A stretch of 63,046 bases of DNA, filler included, from a bacterium (GCA_040757115.1; 9 parts of 9 records of this genome joined end to end with filler, not necessarily neighbours in it); one strand, 5' to 3'. Numbered from the whole stretch's first letter, positions 19,351-29,780 are shown. Made by a program: numbers and translations. The notes: generated by a model from the sequence alone, not told the origin.

Positions 19351-19482
19351 GTCTAACCCTGCGTTGCAGTTGACGGCGGGGGACTGTGCCGTGGTCAGAG
19401 TTTTGTGGTCTCTCAAAGTTTTATCTTGCTATCAAACTTTTGTGGTAATTCTCCCCGCCGCAGCTGAACTCTATCGTTAGAC
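19351..19482 (+). other. attC site
   Basis: GTCTAAC ... GTTAGAC. Confidence 0.9.
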
Positions 19483-19623
19483 GCCATTTGTGGCAAAAAA
19501 GAAAATTTAAAAAAAGAATTGTCTCATTTTTATTAAATTAGGATTTGCAGTATTTGTGTTGATGGTGTTATTACCCAACATGTTTGAGAACTGTTAAAGT
19601 TAATTAAAAGGAGAAATAAAAAA

Positions 19624-21222
19624 ATGGTACATTTGAGAAAGTGGAATTATTTAATCTATGTCTTTTTGATTTGTTTAACTTTCTTTATTACTAACTACTT
19701 ATTAATAAACGATGCATCTGCACAAGATTCGAAAAATAAAAGCTATGGAGAAAATAATAGTTTAAGCGAGCAGATTATCTTGCTGAAAGAACGTCAAGAT
19801 TTATTAATTGAAGCGACCCAAAAAGATCTTCAACGCGTATATTATGTCTTCGCAGGTGTTGCTGCAATTTTTACAATTTTAACAATAATTTTCGGATCCC
19901 GACAAATAATTACCGAAAGTCGAAGGCAAAAAGTTGAAGGGAAATATTTTGTCGAAATGCAATCAGTTATGAACTCATTTCGTGATAATATTTCTACTAT
20001 AAACTCGCTAATTTCAACTCTTAAGCAAACCTTTGATTTTCAGGGAGAAATTCAAAAAAGACTTTTAGATGTGGATAAAAGCTTAAAGGATTTGCGGGTG
20101 TTCAAAGAGAAAGAAGAATTAGGATACCGTTCACAGGTTGACGCTATGAATGCTCGCTCTGCGCAGTTATTTATTGAAAGTAAAATACACACTGGGGATA
20201 GAGAAAGTTTCAAACGTGAAGAAAATAAAGCTAAAATTCATTCATTATCAGCACACTTTGATACCCTTAAAACTACTGGTGAGATTACTGACTTAGCTAG
20301 CCCAGTATCTCTTTTTATGCGAGCTTTAGGGCATTTTAATGAAATTGAATATGAGGAAGCCTTGGCAGTTTTAAAACAGGCACGTGATTCAGCAAAAGCT
20401 CAATTAAGTTCACCACTATCACAGTATGGTACTTGGGATGTTGATGAAATAAGAGAAAAACTTACTATACTTATAAATGAATCGCATTATCACCTTGGAA
20501 TAATATATTATAATCTTGGAAGATATGAGGAATCTCGAAACGAATTTAAATCTGCTTTTGAAAGAAATCAACTAGATTTTAGATCACGAATATATATTCC
20601 AGAGTTAATGTTTTTTGATATGGGGATAGATCCATCTGTAACTGAAGCAGAGTTTCGTTTAGTTGAGGTTGAATTAAATAATATAACTTTAGAAAATAGA
20701 AAGCGTATGTCTTCCCCCTGGGATAAACAATTTGCTTCATTGAAAATGCGACAAGGTGGTTTTTATCTACCTAAATTGATCAAATTAGAATCAAGAATTA
20801 TGTGGCGAAGATATGAAGATATAGAAAAAGCCATAGAATGTTTTTGGCAAGCCAAAGAACATGATTCTGAGTCTATGTTCATTAGCTTTTGTTTAGCACA
20901 AAGTATGCATATTATAGGACGTTCTGCACTTTGGCGCGATCAAACTCCTGAAACTTTATTTCGGGAAGTATTCCATCGTTTTAGAGATGATGCTATCTTA
21001 AAAACTGAACCAATTCTTTTATGCTTACTTTATTATTGTGCAGCAATCAGTTGTTGGCTTGGAAATATACAAAAGGAAAATCCAAGATTGTATTTGAACC
21101 AAGCACGTCAATATTTGCAACGTATTCCAAAAGGAATAAGAGTATTCTCTCCTATAAATAAGATCAACTTAAGCCGTGAAGATATATTAAAAGAAATGCA
21201 ACAAATGGAAGAATTATTATAA
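19624..21222 (+). CDS. Membrane-anchored coiled-coil/TPR protein (cassette)
   Basis: Two N-terminal hydrophobic segments; TPR-like HYHLGIIYYNLGRYEESRNEFKSA. Confidence 0.8.
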   Translation: MVHLRKWNYLIYVFLICLTFFITNYLLINDASAQDSKNKSYGENNSLSEQIILLKERQDLLIEATQKDLQRVYYVFAGVAAIFTILTIIFGSRQIITESRRQKVEGKYFVEMQSVMNSFRDNISTINSLISTLKQTFDFQGEIQKRLLDVDKSLKDLRVFKEKEELGYRSQVDAMNARSAQLFIESKIHTGDRESFKREENKAKIHSLSAHFDTLKTTGEITDLASPVSLFMRALGHFNEIEYEEALAVLKQARDSAKAQLSSPLSQYGTWDVDEIREKLTILINESHYHLGIIYYNLGRYEESRNEFKSAFERNQLDFRSRIYIPELMFFDMGIDPSVTEAEFRLVEVELNNITLENRKRMSSPWDKQFASLKMRQGGFYLPKLIKLESRIMWRRYEDIEKAIECFWQAKEHDSESMFISFCLAQSMHIIGRSALWRDQTPETLFREVFHRFRDDAILKTEPILLCLLYYCAAISCWLGNIQKENPRLYLNQARQYLQRIPKGIRVFSPINKINLSREDILKEMQQMEELL

Positions 21223-21234
21223 AGGGAGGTCTAT

Positions 21235-22611
21235 ATGAAAAAATTTCCTTTACAAAAAATTAAAGCATCAGATGGGTGTGTAATTTATTTTCCATCTCGA
21301 AAGTCTAATAAAATTATTTTTGGAGCAGATTGGACGAGAAGGAGGTTTAGAGAAGAATGGATTCAAATAAGACTCAGCCATATTGAGGATGAAGTGCATT
21401 TTGAGGGGAATAATGCTCTCACTATGGGAGATGTACTTCAAGCAGAATTGGTTGCTAAAATTATCACTCGAATATCAGATGAAGATTTGGAGGGATCCAT
21501 TCCTAAAATAATAGAGAAATTTCGTTGTTCTACAACAACAGATTTAAATGTTATACTTGGCAATGCATTTTTCCAACCGAAGATTTCTGAACTTTTTAAA
21601 GAATCTTTATTTACCGTTATAAGAAAAGCATCGTACAAAAGGCTTCTTACTGACACTACCCATAGAGATATCCTTCAACAGGAGCTAATCGAAAGTATTA
21701 CTCCGGTTCTTAATGCATCAGGATTTCGTTTAATAGACTGCTCTATAAAACGTTTTATCCCTCTCAATCCGGGTGTAGCAGGAGTTGAGAAAGAAATTGT
21801 TGAAAAATGGATAGAATGGGAGAAACAAGAAGCTCTTCTTGAAGCTGAGAAGGAATTCCTCAAAAGTGAAATTGAAGAAGAAAAGCGTAGAAAAGCAGCC
21901 ATCGCTAGAGAAAAAACTGACAGAGACTTTCGAGAAATTGAACTAAGAGAGTTGGAGAGTAAAAAATTATTTGAGGAAGAAAAGAGTAAAATTGAAATTA
22001 AGGAGGCTTGTAATAGAAAAGAAAAAGAGAGACAAATAGCAAAAATTAACGAAGAAATCAAAGAGATACATCGTAAATATCAAGAGACTGAAATTGCTTT
22101 TAAAAACAAGATTGAAGAAGATGAAATTGATAGAAAAAATAAGATTGAGGAAGAAGAGGTTACATTCAAAAATAAAATGGAACAATCAAAACTTAACCAC
22201 GAAGCTGACATACGTAAGAAACAGATAAATGCCTTATCAGAAGAATTGAGACAATACAAATTGAAAGAGCAAATTACAGAAATAGCAACAAAAGTAAAAA
22301 GACTTGAGGGACTTTTGGAGGCAGAACTTTTAGAAGCAAAAATTAAAGCTCAAGGAACGAGTCAAAGAGAATTACTGGAGGCAGAATCTAAGATATGGAA
22401 GGATATCTTAGGACAACTTTCTCCTATATTAGAGAAATCCCCTGTTGAAAAAATTGGACCAACTACATTGATTCAGTTTGCAACTAATGAGGAGGTATCT
22501 AAAGGTTTAAATTGGACTTCATTAGCATATTGGCCTTTAATTAAAGATTTTATTTCCATTATCTCCCAACATCTTTCTAAGGTAAAACCAACAGAAAGTG
22601 GACAGGAATAA
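21235..22611 (+). CDS. SPFH/flotillin-like protein with long coiled coil (cassette)
   Basis: Band-7-like segment ending LNASGFRLIDCSIK, then about 200 aa E/K-rich coiled coil; GGGAGG RBS. Confidence 0.6.
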   Translation: MKKFPLQKIKASDGCVIYFPSRKSNKIIFGADWTRRRFREEWIQIRLSHIEDEVHFEGNNALTMGDVLQAELVAKIITRISDEDLEGSIPKIIEKFRCSTTTDLNVILGNAFFQPKISELFKESLFTVIRKASYKRLLTDTTHRDILQQELIESITPVLNASGFRLIDCSIKRFIPLNPGVAGVEKEIVEKWIEWEKQEALLEAEKEFLKSEIEEEKRRKAAIAREKTDRDFREIELRELESKKLFEEEKSKIEIKEACNRKEKERQIAKINEEIKEIHRKYQETEIAFKNKIEEDEIDRKNKIEEEEVTFKNKMEQSKLNHEADIRKKQINALSEELRQYKLKEQITEIATKVKRLEGLLEAELLEAKIKAQGTSQRELLEAESKIWKDILGQLSPILEKSPVEKIGPTTLIQFATNEEVSKGLNWTSLAYWPLIKDFISIISQHLSKVKPTESGQE

Positions 22612-22663
22612 AATAACTTTTTGGGAAAGAGAGATGGGACGGTTCTTTTTTGCCACAAACAGC

Positions 22664-22722
22664 ATATAACCCAGCACAGATGAAATTGCTTCACAACTTC
22701 GTCTGTGCTGGGAACGTTGGAA
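22664..22722 (+). other. attC-like site of a different sequence type
   Basis: ATATAAC-ccagcacagatgaa / ttcgtctgtgctgg-GAAC-GTTGGAA; core nearly complements TTCTAAC at 22912. Confidence 0.6.
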
Positions 22723-22911
22723 TAATAATTACACAAAAACAATGAGGTCATAAGGAACAATGAATGAAAACGAATAAATCCGGTGAACGGTTTGCGGTTA
22801 GCGGTAAGTGATAATCGAACGATGACAACTGACCATCCAATACCGATAACCGCTTTCGTAGGTGAACATATTTTGTCTCTTTATGATGTTGTGTGAGAAA
22901 AGAAAGAAGGA

Positions 22912-23043
22912 TTCTAACAAGTCGTTGCAGCGGACGGCGGGGACTCTGCCGAGATTGAAAATTTTGTGGTATCTCAAGGAGTAATCATGTTTACAAAGTT
23001 TGGTGGTAATTCTCCCCGCCGCACCTGAACTTTATCGTTAGGC
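22912..23043 (+). other. attC site
   Basis: TTCTAAC ... GTTAGGC; same family as 18538. Confidence 0.9.
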
Positions 23044-23074
23044 TATAGGAATGAAATTTTTGGAGGAGGATACA

Positions 23075-23311
23075 ATGAAAGGTAGTATCGAAGCAATCTA
23101 TGAACACGGAGTTTTTAACCCATTGAAAGAAATTACCTTACCGGAGAAACAGCACGTTCAACTCGTTGTTAAGGTAATTACACAAGAGACAAGAAATGAA
23201 ATATTGGAGTTGGCATCACAAGTCTATAATGGACTATCAAATCAAGATATAGATGATGTTGAAAAAATAGCCTTGAATCGTCGTGAGTTTTTCAAGGAGA
23301 AGGAGACTTAA
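23075..23311 (+). CDS. Antitoxin (DUF104/AF2212-like)
   Basis: IEAIYEHGVFNPL..I.LPE motif, GGAGGAGG RBS, coupled to PIN gene. Confidence 0.85.
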   Translation: MKGSIEAIYEHGVFNPLKEITLPEKQHVQLVVKVITQETRNEILELASQVYNGLSNQDIDDVEKIALNRREFFKEKET

Positions 23312-23745
23312 TGACTCTTTTACAGGTAGTATTGGATACTGATATTCTTTCAGCAATTATGCGAAAAAATCCCATTGTGATTCCAAAGGCACAGAGATAC
23401 CTGGCGGCACATAGACGGTTTACGATTTCTATTATCACTCGATATGAAATATTACGGGGGCTGAAGGCGAAAGGTGCAACTATGCAAGAAATAACATTTG
23501 ATCATTTCTGTGCAAGGAATCTCATATTACCACTCAGCGATAAAGTCATAGTCAAAGCAGCAGAAATTTATGCCACATTGCATCAAAAAGGAGTTTTAAT
23601 TAGTGATGCTGATATCCTGATTGCAGCTTCTGCATTAGTACATAGATTGGGAATAGCAACAAATAATGAAGAACATTTTAGACGGATTGCGGGTCTTCAA
23701 GTAGAAAACTGGTTTAAGGGAACAATTTCAGATGTTGAAAGCTAA
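23311..23745 (+). CDS. PIN-domain VapC-like toxin
   Basis: VLDTDILS, YEILRG, DADILIAASA, TNNEEHF. Confidence 0.92.
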   Translation: MTLLQVVLDTDILSAIMRKNPIVIPKAQRYLAAHRRFTISIITRYEILRGLKAKGATMQEITFDHFCARNLILPLSDKVIVKAAEIYATLHQKGVLISDADILIAASALVHRLGIATNNEEHFRRIAGLQVENWFKGTISDVES

Positions 23746-23809
23746 ATAGTTTTCTGAAGAGGTAGTTTAAAATTTAGACAACTATAACAAAAATATGACA
23801 ACATAAAGA

Positions 23810-23943
23810 GCCTAACCATTCACTGCACCTGACTGCGGGGGGCTGGGTCTCTTTTCAAAGTTTTGTGGTTGACCAAAGTTTATCCTCTTCATAAAGTTTA
23901 GTGGTAATCATCTCCCCGCAGCAGGTGAGCTCAGTCGTTAGAC
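23810..23943 (+). other. attC site
   Basis: GCCTAAC (complements GTTAGGC at 23037) ... GTTAGAC. Confidence 0.9.
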
Positions 23944-24086
23944 TAATAAAAATAATCACACAGAGACACAAAGTCACAAAGGAATTGAATAAAACAATAA
24001 ACCTTTGTGTTCTTTGTGGCTTTGTGTGAGAAAATAAAAAGGAGATATTTTAGGGTCAAACCGTGAATGTGGAATGCACAATAATT

Positions 24087-24186
24087 NNNNNNNNNNNNNN
24101 NNNNNNNNNNNNNNNNNNNNNNNNNNNNNNTTAATTAATTAANNNNNNNNNNNNNNNNNNNNNNNNNNNNNNNNNNNNNNNNNNNN
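24087..24186. other. Artificial contig linker (also 26292, 50043, 52247, 54436, 56613, 58790, 60934)
   Basis: 100-nt N-runs with central TTAATTAATTAA. Confidence 0.97.
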
Positions 24187-24577
24187 TTGTTTTCCACAAT
24201 CAATTTCTACCTATTTCTATAAATTTCAATCTATTTCTATTATCTTATCTCCATATCACTCTTATCTCCTTATCCCCTTTCTTACACTTTTGATATATAG
24301 CCTGAACGGTTATGATTTTTGTTGGAAATTAGAAATTGGGCTTTTGTCTCTCTCCCTAATTTCCAATTTCTAATTTCAATCCGCAAACTTTCAAACAAAA
24401 GTGAACCGTCCCGAAATTTCCTTTTTTTTGTGCATTTCAGGTCTTTCGTTGTTTATTAATCTTTTAATACGGACTTTCGACTAACTGTTTTTAAGCTTTT
24501 TTAAACACCAAAAAACGCGAAAAACACGAAAAAAAGATATTTTCCTCTCTGTTCCTCTGCGTCTGTGCGGTGAACGG

Positions 24578-25804
24578 TTACCGAAATTTATTCATAACTA
24601 AACCAGTCAGGAGTTTAGGATAAAAATAGGTAGATTTTTGCGGCATAAGTTCGTGCTTTAAGGACATCTCTTTAAGTTGACTTATCCGGGTAGGATTTAG
24701 AAAAAAGGCAAGATTGTATTTTCCTTCATCTACTAATAAAATCGCCTCTTTTTCGTTATGGGTATAACCTATATGTGCCTCGATATCCGTAATCTTTAAG
24801 ATATGGTTGATGACCACAGTCTGTAAGATACTTACATCTAATTTCTTATATTCTTCAGGTTTCTCATCTCCAATCAATTTATCCATAATTTCATTATCCT
24901 TTAAAATTAAAAGGTAATTTTTCCCTTCCGCATACATTCCAAAGACATAGTGACTTTCTTTCATCATCTCCATCTTTTCTAACAGTTCATTGCAAGTATT
25001 TACTTTTTCAACTTCAAAAAAGGGAGAAAAAGAGGGATGTGTGTTTATTTTTACTAATCTATGTGTCGGTAAAATCGTCAGTCCTTCATCCTCCATCTTT
25101 GTCAGGTAAATCATAATAAAATTATAACCAAGTATCTTTTGGGCATTTAATGCGGTTTCGTAACGATGATGTCCATCGGCAATAAAAATTGGTTTTGATT
25201 GCATTATGGCTTTTATCTCTTCTATTTTTGTCTTATCCTTTAGCCTGACTAATTGATGGCTAACTTCATTTTCATCCATAATCTCAACAATTGGTTCTTC
25301 TTTTACCTTTAAATACTCATCTAATATCCCTTTTTCATCTGAATATAAACCAAATACCTGACAAAAATTAGCCTTTGTGGCTAACATAAGATTTAATCTA
25401 TCCTGTTTAGGTTTGGATAAGGTTTTTTCATGTGGGAAAACGCTATTCCCGAATTCTTCTAATCTCATCAAGGTAATAAATCCAGCTCGGGTTATATTTT
25501 TATTGTGAAATGAGAATCTCTGGATAAGAGGATAAATGGTTTCAGTGAGGTCTTGTTTTAGTATTTCTGCATATAACCATTGGTGAAAATAATCAGCCGC
25601 ACGCGTGTATTTGTTGTTTTTTTCATTATCTTCGGGCAAGTCTTTTCCTAAGATAAGTCTGATACAATTATAGGGATGTTTCTGGTAATATCTTTCCTGT
25701 TGAATTTCTGAGATGACATCATAAGGCGGGGTTACAACCAGTGATAAATCCTGTATTTTCTCTTGATTATATAAAATTCCTTTAAATGGAGATATTTGAG
25801 CCAT
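24578..25804 (-). CDS. DUF1015 family protein
   Basis: TPPYDVIS, PHEKT, FIADGHHRYETA, ILPTHR, MPQKSTYFYPKLLTGLV. Confidence 0.92.
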   Translation of the reverse strand: MAQISPFKGILYNQEKIQDLSLVVTPPYDVISEIQQERYYQKHPYNCIRLILGKDLPEDNEKNNKYTRAADYFHQWLYAEILKQDLTETIYPLIQRFSFHNKNITRAGFITLMRLEEFGNSVFPHEKTLSKPKQDRLNLMLATKANFCQVFGLYSDEKGILDEYLKVKEEPIVEIMDENEVSHQLVRLKDKTKIEEIKAIMQSKPIFIADGHHRYETALNAQKILGYNFIMIYLTKMEDEGLTILPTHRLVKINTHPSFSPFFEVEKVNTCNELLEKMEMMKESHYVFGMYAEGKNYLLILKDNEIMDKLIGDEKPEEYKKLDVSILQTVVINHILKITDIEAHIGYTHNEKEAILLVDEGKYNLAFFLNPTRISQLKEMSLKHELMPQKSTYFYPKLLTGLVMNKFR

Positions 25805-25941
25805 CTATTCTATTTTCCTTGTAACTATTCACCACGAAGGGCACGAAGGACACGAAGATTCGACAGAACAAATCTCTTTATGTCTTCTTTCAATCTAATT
25901 TATCAATAGACCAACCTTGCTATTTGCCAATTTCATATATG

Positions 25942-26121
25942 GTAATGGGTCAGTGAAATGGGGGATTCTCCTGAAAGTAGGAAGTAGGAGAGTAGGAAAG
26001 TAGGAAAGGGGGAGACATTGCCCCCAGAAGAGGAATACCGTGCACATCCTTTATCCCTTTCCTACTTCCCTACTACCTACTTGCCTACTATTTTCATTCC
26101 CCCAAATAACTGATGTATTAC
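25942..26121. mobile_element. MITE family C (GTAATnnGTCAGT TIR); copies at 27616-27822 and 40077-40256
   Basis: 8-bp target duplications catatatg, ctctgacc and tgtttac(t/c). Confidence 0.9.
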
Positions 26122-26660
26122 CATATATGTCAATATATGAGCTTCATGAATTCGATAATTTATCAAATTTGTAACCGTTCAGGCTATATATCAAAAGTGT
26201 AAGAAAGGGGATAAGGAGATAAGAGTGATATGGAGATAAGATAATAGAAATAGATTGAAATTTATAGAAATAGGTAGAAATTGATTGTGGANNNNNNNNN
26301 NNNNNNNNNNNNNNNNNNNNNNNNNNNNNNNNNNNTTAATTAATTAANNNNNNNNNNNNNNNNNNNNNNNNNNNNNNNNNNNNNNNNNNNNTATAAAAAC
26401 ATCAAGAAACTCTAAGGAAATAACTATAGAAATACAATAATAAAAAATTAATTTTAATCCTGTTCATCTGCGAAAATCTGCGTCCCATTTTACATTTTCA
26501 GGGGAAACGGTCATGCCCTGCTGGGGCACAAACGGGGATGAAAATTGAGCATAGAGATTAGAGATTGGAGATTAGCAAGAGTGCAGGTTCTAATTCACTA
26601 ATTCGCTAATCTCTAATTAACTATTTTTCAGGAGAATCCTCCATTTCAGTGACGCATTAC

Positions 26661-26830
26661 TTTTTTGTCAATTTCTTTCTTGACATTTTGAATCAATAGT
26701 GATAAAATACAGGAAACTGTATAATGCGGCGATGAGTGGTAATTGCCGTGTTCCCCCCTTCGCTCCGCTCGGGGAGAACAAGGCAATGGAGACAGATGCC
26801 CTTCGGGGCACCGCTTATCGCCGCATCAGG
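26661..26830 (+). promoter_or_regulatory. Third, orphan copy of the Pc/attI-like block, joined to a hairpin
   Basis: ttttttgtcaat..TTGACA..aatagtgataaaatacag.aaactgtataat matches 10358-10423; followed by gcggcgatgagtggt / accgcttatcgccgc inverted repeat. Confidence 0.65.
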
Positions 26831-27058
26831 CATATAAAAAACATTGGAGATTAATCATAACACAACTTCTTGAAAAAGCCTTTGTAGAGTCAGAAGATAT
26901 ATTAGATAAACTGGCGGATGAAACAATTGCTGAGCATACACAAGGTAAGACAAAAACCATAGGGCTTCACAAAATTATAAAGTAAGTAATCAAATGGTAA
27001 CTGGTAACTAATTACCATTCACCAGTTACCAATTACCAAAGATAAGGAGGTAAATTTT

Positions 27059-27553
27059 ATGTTAGATTCAAAAGAAAAACAGATTTTGAAGATATTAGAA
27101 AGGGATGCAAAGGTTACACCAGAAAAGATTGCGACGATGATTGGGATGACGGAAGAAGAGGTATCGGCTAAGATTAAGGAATTTGAGGATAAGAAGATTA
27201 TCGTGCAATACAAGACGATTATTGACTGGGAAAAAGCTGAGGAAGAAGTGGTTTATGCCTTTATTGATGTTAAGGTAGTTCCAGAGCGCAATGTCGGATT
27301 TGACGCCGTGGCAAAAAGAATATATAAATTCCCGGAGGTGCATTCGCTATATCTACTCTCCGGAACTTACGATTTATCCGTAGTAGTAGAAGGTAAAAGT
27401 ATGAAAGAAATAGCCTTCTTTGTAGCAGAAAAATTGGCTACAATAGACCATGTTCAAGGCACAATAAGCCATTTTGTCTTGAAAAAGTATAAAATAGACG
27501 GCCAGGTGCTTGAACCAGAGGCAGGAGATAAAAGATTGGCAGTCACGCCGTAA
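27059..27553 (+). CDS. Lrp/AsnC family transcriptional regulator
   Basis: N-terminal HTH, PEVHSLYLLSGTYDL; adjacent to aminotransferase. Confidence 0.93.
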   Translation: MLDSKEKQILKILERDAKVTPEKIATMIGMTEEEVSAKIKEFEDKKIIVQYKTIIDWEKAEEEVVYAFIDVKVVPERNVGFDAVAKRIYKFPEVHSLYLLSGTYDLSVVVEGKSMKEIAFFVAEKLATIDHVQGTISHFVLKKYKIDGQVLEPEAGDKRLAVTP

Positions 27554-27870
27554 GAAAACGGTCAGAGGTCAGATTTAAAGGCATTACCTTATTTTCTGTC
27601 TTCGGTCCTCTGACCGTAATAGGTCAGTGATTTTGGGGGATGAACATTAACCTGCGGATTACAGAATGATGAAAATAGTAGGCAAGTAGGTAGTAGGTAA
27701 GTAGGAAAGGGATAAAGGATGTGCACAGTATTCTTCCCCGGTAGGCAATGTCTCCCTTTCCTACTTTCCTACTCTCCTACTTCCTACTTTCAGGAGAATC
27801 CCCCATTTCACTGAGGCATTACCTCTGACCTTTGTTTTCTTGCCTCTGACATCTGATAGAAAGGTGATTT

Positions 27871-29025
27871 ATGAAGGATATAATTTCAGATAAAGTAAAA
27901 AATATTCCCCCATCCGGCATCAGGAAATTCTTTGATTTAATCCTTGGGATGGAAGATGTAATTTCTTTAGGCGTAGGCGAGCCTGACTTTGTTACTCCGT
28001 GGCATATTCGGGATGCGGCTATTTACTCATTAGAACAGGGCTATACCTCTTACACCTCTAATTCTGGCTTGTTAGAATTGCGGGAATTGATTACCCAGAG
28101 GATTAAAGATGATTACAAGGTAAAGTATAACCCGGTAAATGAAGTCTTAATCACTGTTGGTGTAAGTGAAGCCCTTGATTTAGCGATGAGGGCTATTCTT
28201 AATCCTGACGATGAGGTGATTATTCCAGAACCATCTTATGTTTCTTATAAACCCTGTGTTATCTTTGCTGGCGGGAAACCCGTAGTTATCCCAACCAATG
28301 CCTCAACTGGCTTCAAGATTAAACCAGAACAGATAGAACAGACAATAACTGAAAAAACTAAGGCTATTTTACTTTCTTATCCATCTAATCCTACTGGAGC
28401 AACGATGAATAGAGAAGAGTTAAGCAAGATAAGTGAAGTCGTAAAAAGATATGAATTAATTGTTATTGCAGACGAGATATACAAATTACTTACTTATGAT
28501 GATGAACCTGTTTGTTTTGCCTCTTTGCCGGGGATGAAGGAGCGGACTATTCTCCTGGATGGTTTTTCTAAGGCTTATGCGATGACTGGTTGGCGAATAG
28601 GATATGCCGCTGGTAATTCAGAAATTATTGGTGCGATGACCAGAATACATCAATATACGATGCTTTGTGCCTCAATCATTAGCCAGCGAGCGGCAATACA
28701 AGCTTTACGCAATAGTGACAAAGCGGTAGAAGAGATGCGAAATGAATATAATCAGCGACGAAGATTAATTGTCAAAGGGCTGAATGAAATCGGGTTAGAA
28801 TGCACAATGCCAGGCGGGGCATTCTATGTTTTTCCATCAATTAAAAGGACAGGTTTGACTTCCGAAGGGTTTGCTGAAAAATTGCTTCGTGAACAAAAAG
28901 TTGCCGTCGTCCCCGGCACAGCCTTTGGTGAGTGCGGAGAAGGGTATATTCGTTGTTCTTATGCGACCTCAATGGCAAAAATTGAGAAGGCACTGGAAAA
29001 AATGGGGGAATTTTGCGGTGTGTGA
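27871..29025 (+). CDS. Class I/II PLP aminotransferase
   Basis: SLGVGEPDF, PSNPTGA, DEIY, GFSKAYAMTGWRIGY. Confidence 0.95.
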   Translation: MKDIISDKVKNIPPSGIRKFFDLILGMEDVISLGVGEPDFVTPWHIRDAAIYSLEQGYTSYTSNSGLLELRELITQRIKDDYKVKYNPVNEVLITVGVSEALDLAMRAILNPDDEVIIPEPSYVSYKPCVIFAGGKPVVIPTNASTGFKIKPEQIEQTITEKTKAILLSYPSNPTGATMNREELSKISEVVKRYELIVIADEIYKLLTYDDEPVCFASLPGMKERTILLDGFSKAYAMTGWRIGYAAGNSEIIGAMTRIHQYTMLCASIISQRAAIQALRNSDKAVEEMRNEYNQRRRLIVKGLNEIGLECTMPGGAFYVFPSIKRTGLTSEGFAEKLLREQKVAVVPGTAFGECGEGYIRCSYATSMAKIEKALEKMGEFCGV

Positions 29026-29063
29026 AAATCTGCGTAATCTGCGGATAAAAAAGGAATTGGAAT

Positions 29064-29555
29064 ATGCTGGATTATTTAGGGATAATTGATGCTTTCGATA
29101 AAGCAGAAATTAAATATATTATCGTCGGAGGTATGGCCGTTAATCTCCATGGCATTCCAAGAATGACTTATGATCTGGATTTACTCCTTGATTTGGAGGA
29201 TGAAAATCTGTCGAAATTCCTTAATCTTTTGAAAGAATGGGGATATAAACCCAAAGTCCCAGTGGATATTATGGATTTTGCTAATCAAGAAAAAAGAAAT
29301 GATTGGATAAAAAATAAAAATATGAAGGCATTTAATCTTGTAAATGAAGAATCAATAGTAAGAGAAATTGATGTAATAATTGATTCACCAGTTAGTTATA
29401 TCCAGGCAAAAAATAATATTAAATATGTAAAATTATACCATAATTTAGTCCCGGTTATTGGGCTAAATGACCTGATAATGATGAAAAAAAATACAGGTAG
29501 AAAACAAGATGAAGCAGATATCAGATATCTGGAGGTGAAACTTGGAAAAGAATAA
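29064..29555 (+). CDS. Nucleotidyltransferase-fold protein
   Basis: IVGGMAVNLHGIPRMTYDLDL; MKK..GRKQD..DI. Confidence 0.8.
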   Translation: MLDYLGIIDAFDKAEIKYIIVGGMAVNLHGIPRMTYDLDLLLDLEDENLSKFLNLLKEWGYKPKVPVDIMDFANQEKRNDWIKNKNMKAFNLVNEESIVREIDVIIDSPVSYIQAKNNIKYVKLYHNLVPVIGLNDLIMMKKNTGRKQDEADIRYLEVKLGKE

Positions 29556-29727
29556 AAAGGGTGGGTTTGAATATTATTTAACTAATGAGCAGATTGAAGA
29601 TTATAATAATTGGCCAGTAGAGATGAGATTAAAATGGCTTTCAGAATTTAATGCACTAAGAAAATATTACCCAAAAGAGATAATAGAAAGTCATGAAAAA
29701 TTCAGGAGTGGTGAATTGATGAGGTAG
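29542..29727 (+). CDS. Small partner protein of the nucleotidyltransferase
   Basis: Overlaps upstream gene; GGAGGTG RBS. Confidence 0.55.
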   Translation: MEKNKKGGFEYYLTNEQIEDYNNWPVEMRLKWLSEFNALRKYYPKEIIESHEKFRSGELMR

Positions 29728-29780
29728 AAATAGACCTCAGTATTTCACCGTAGTCAAGGTCTGCCCCCACTATCAATAGA

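Noticed and set aside
18460-19482. Possible CRISPR array
   Set aside because: The repeats are 130-320 bp attC/cassette duplications, with no constant 25-45 bp repeat and unique spacers and no cas operon.
24131-24142. Recurring TTAATTAATTAA palindrome
   Set aside because: Artificial contig linker inside N-runs, not biological.
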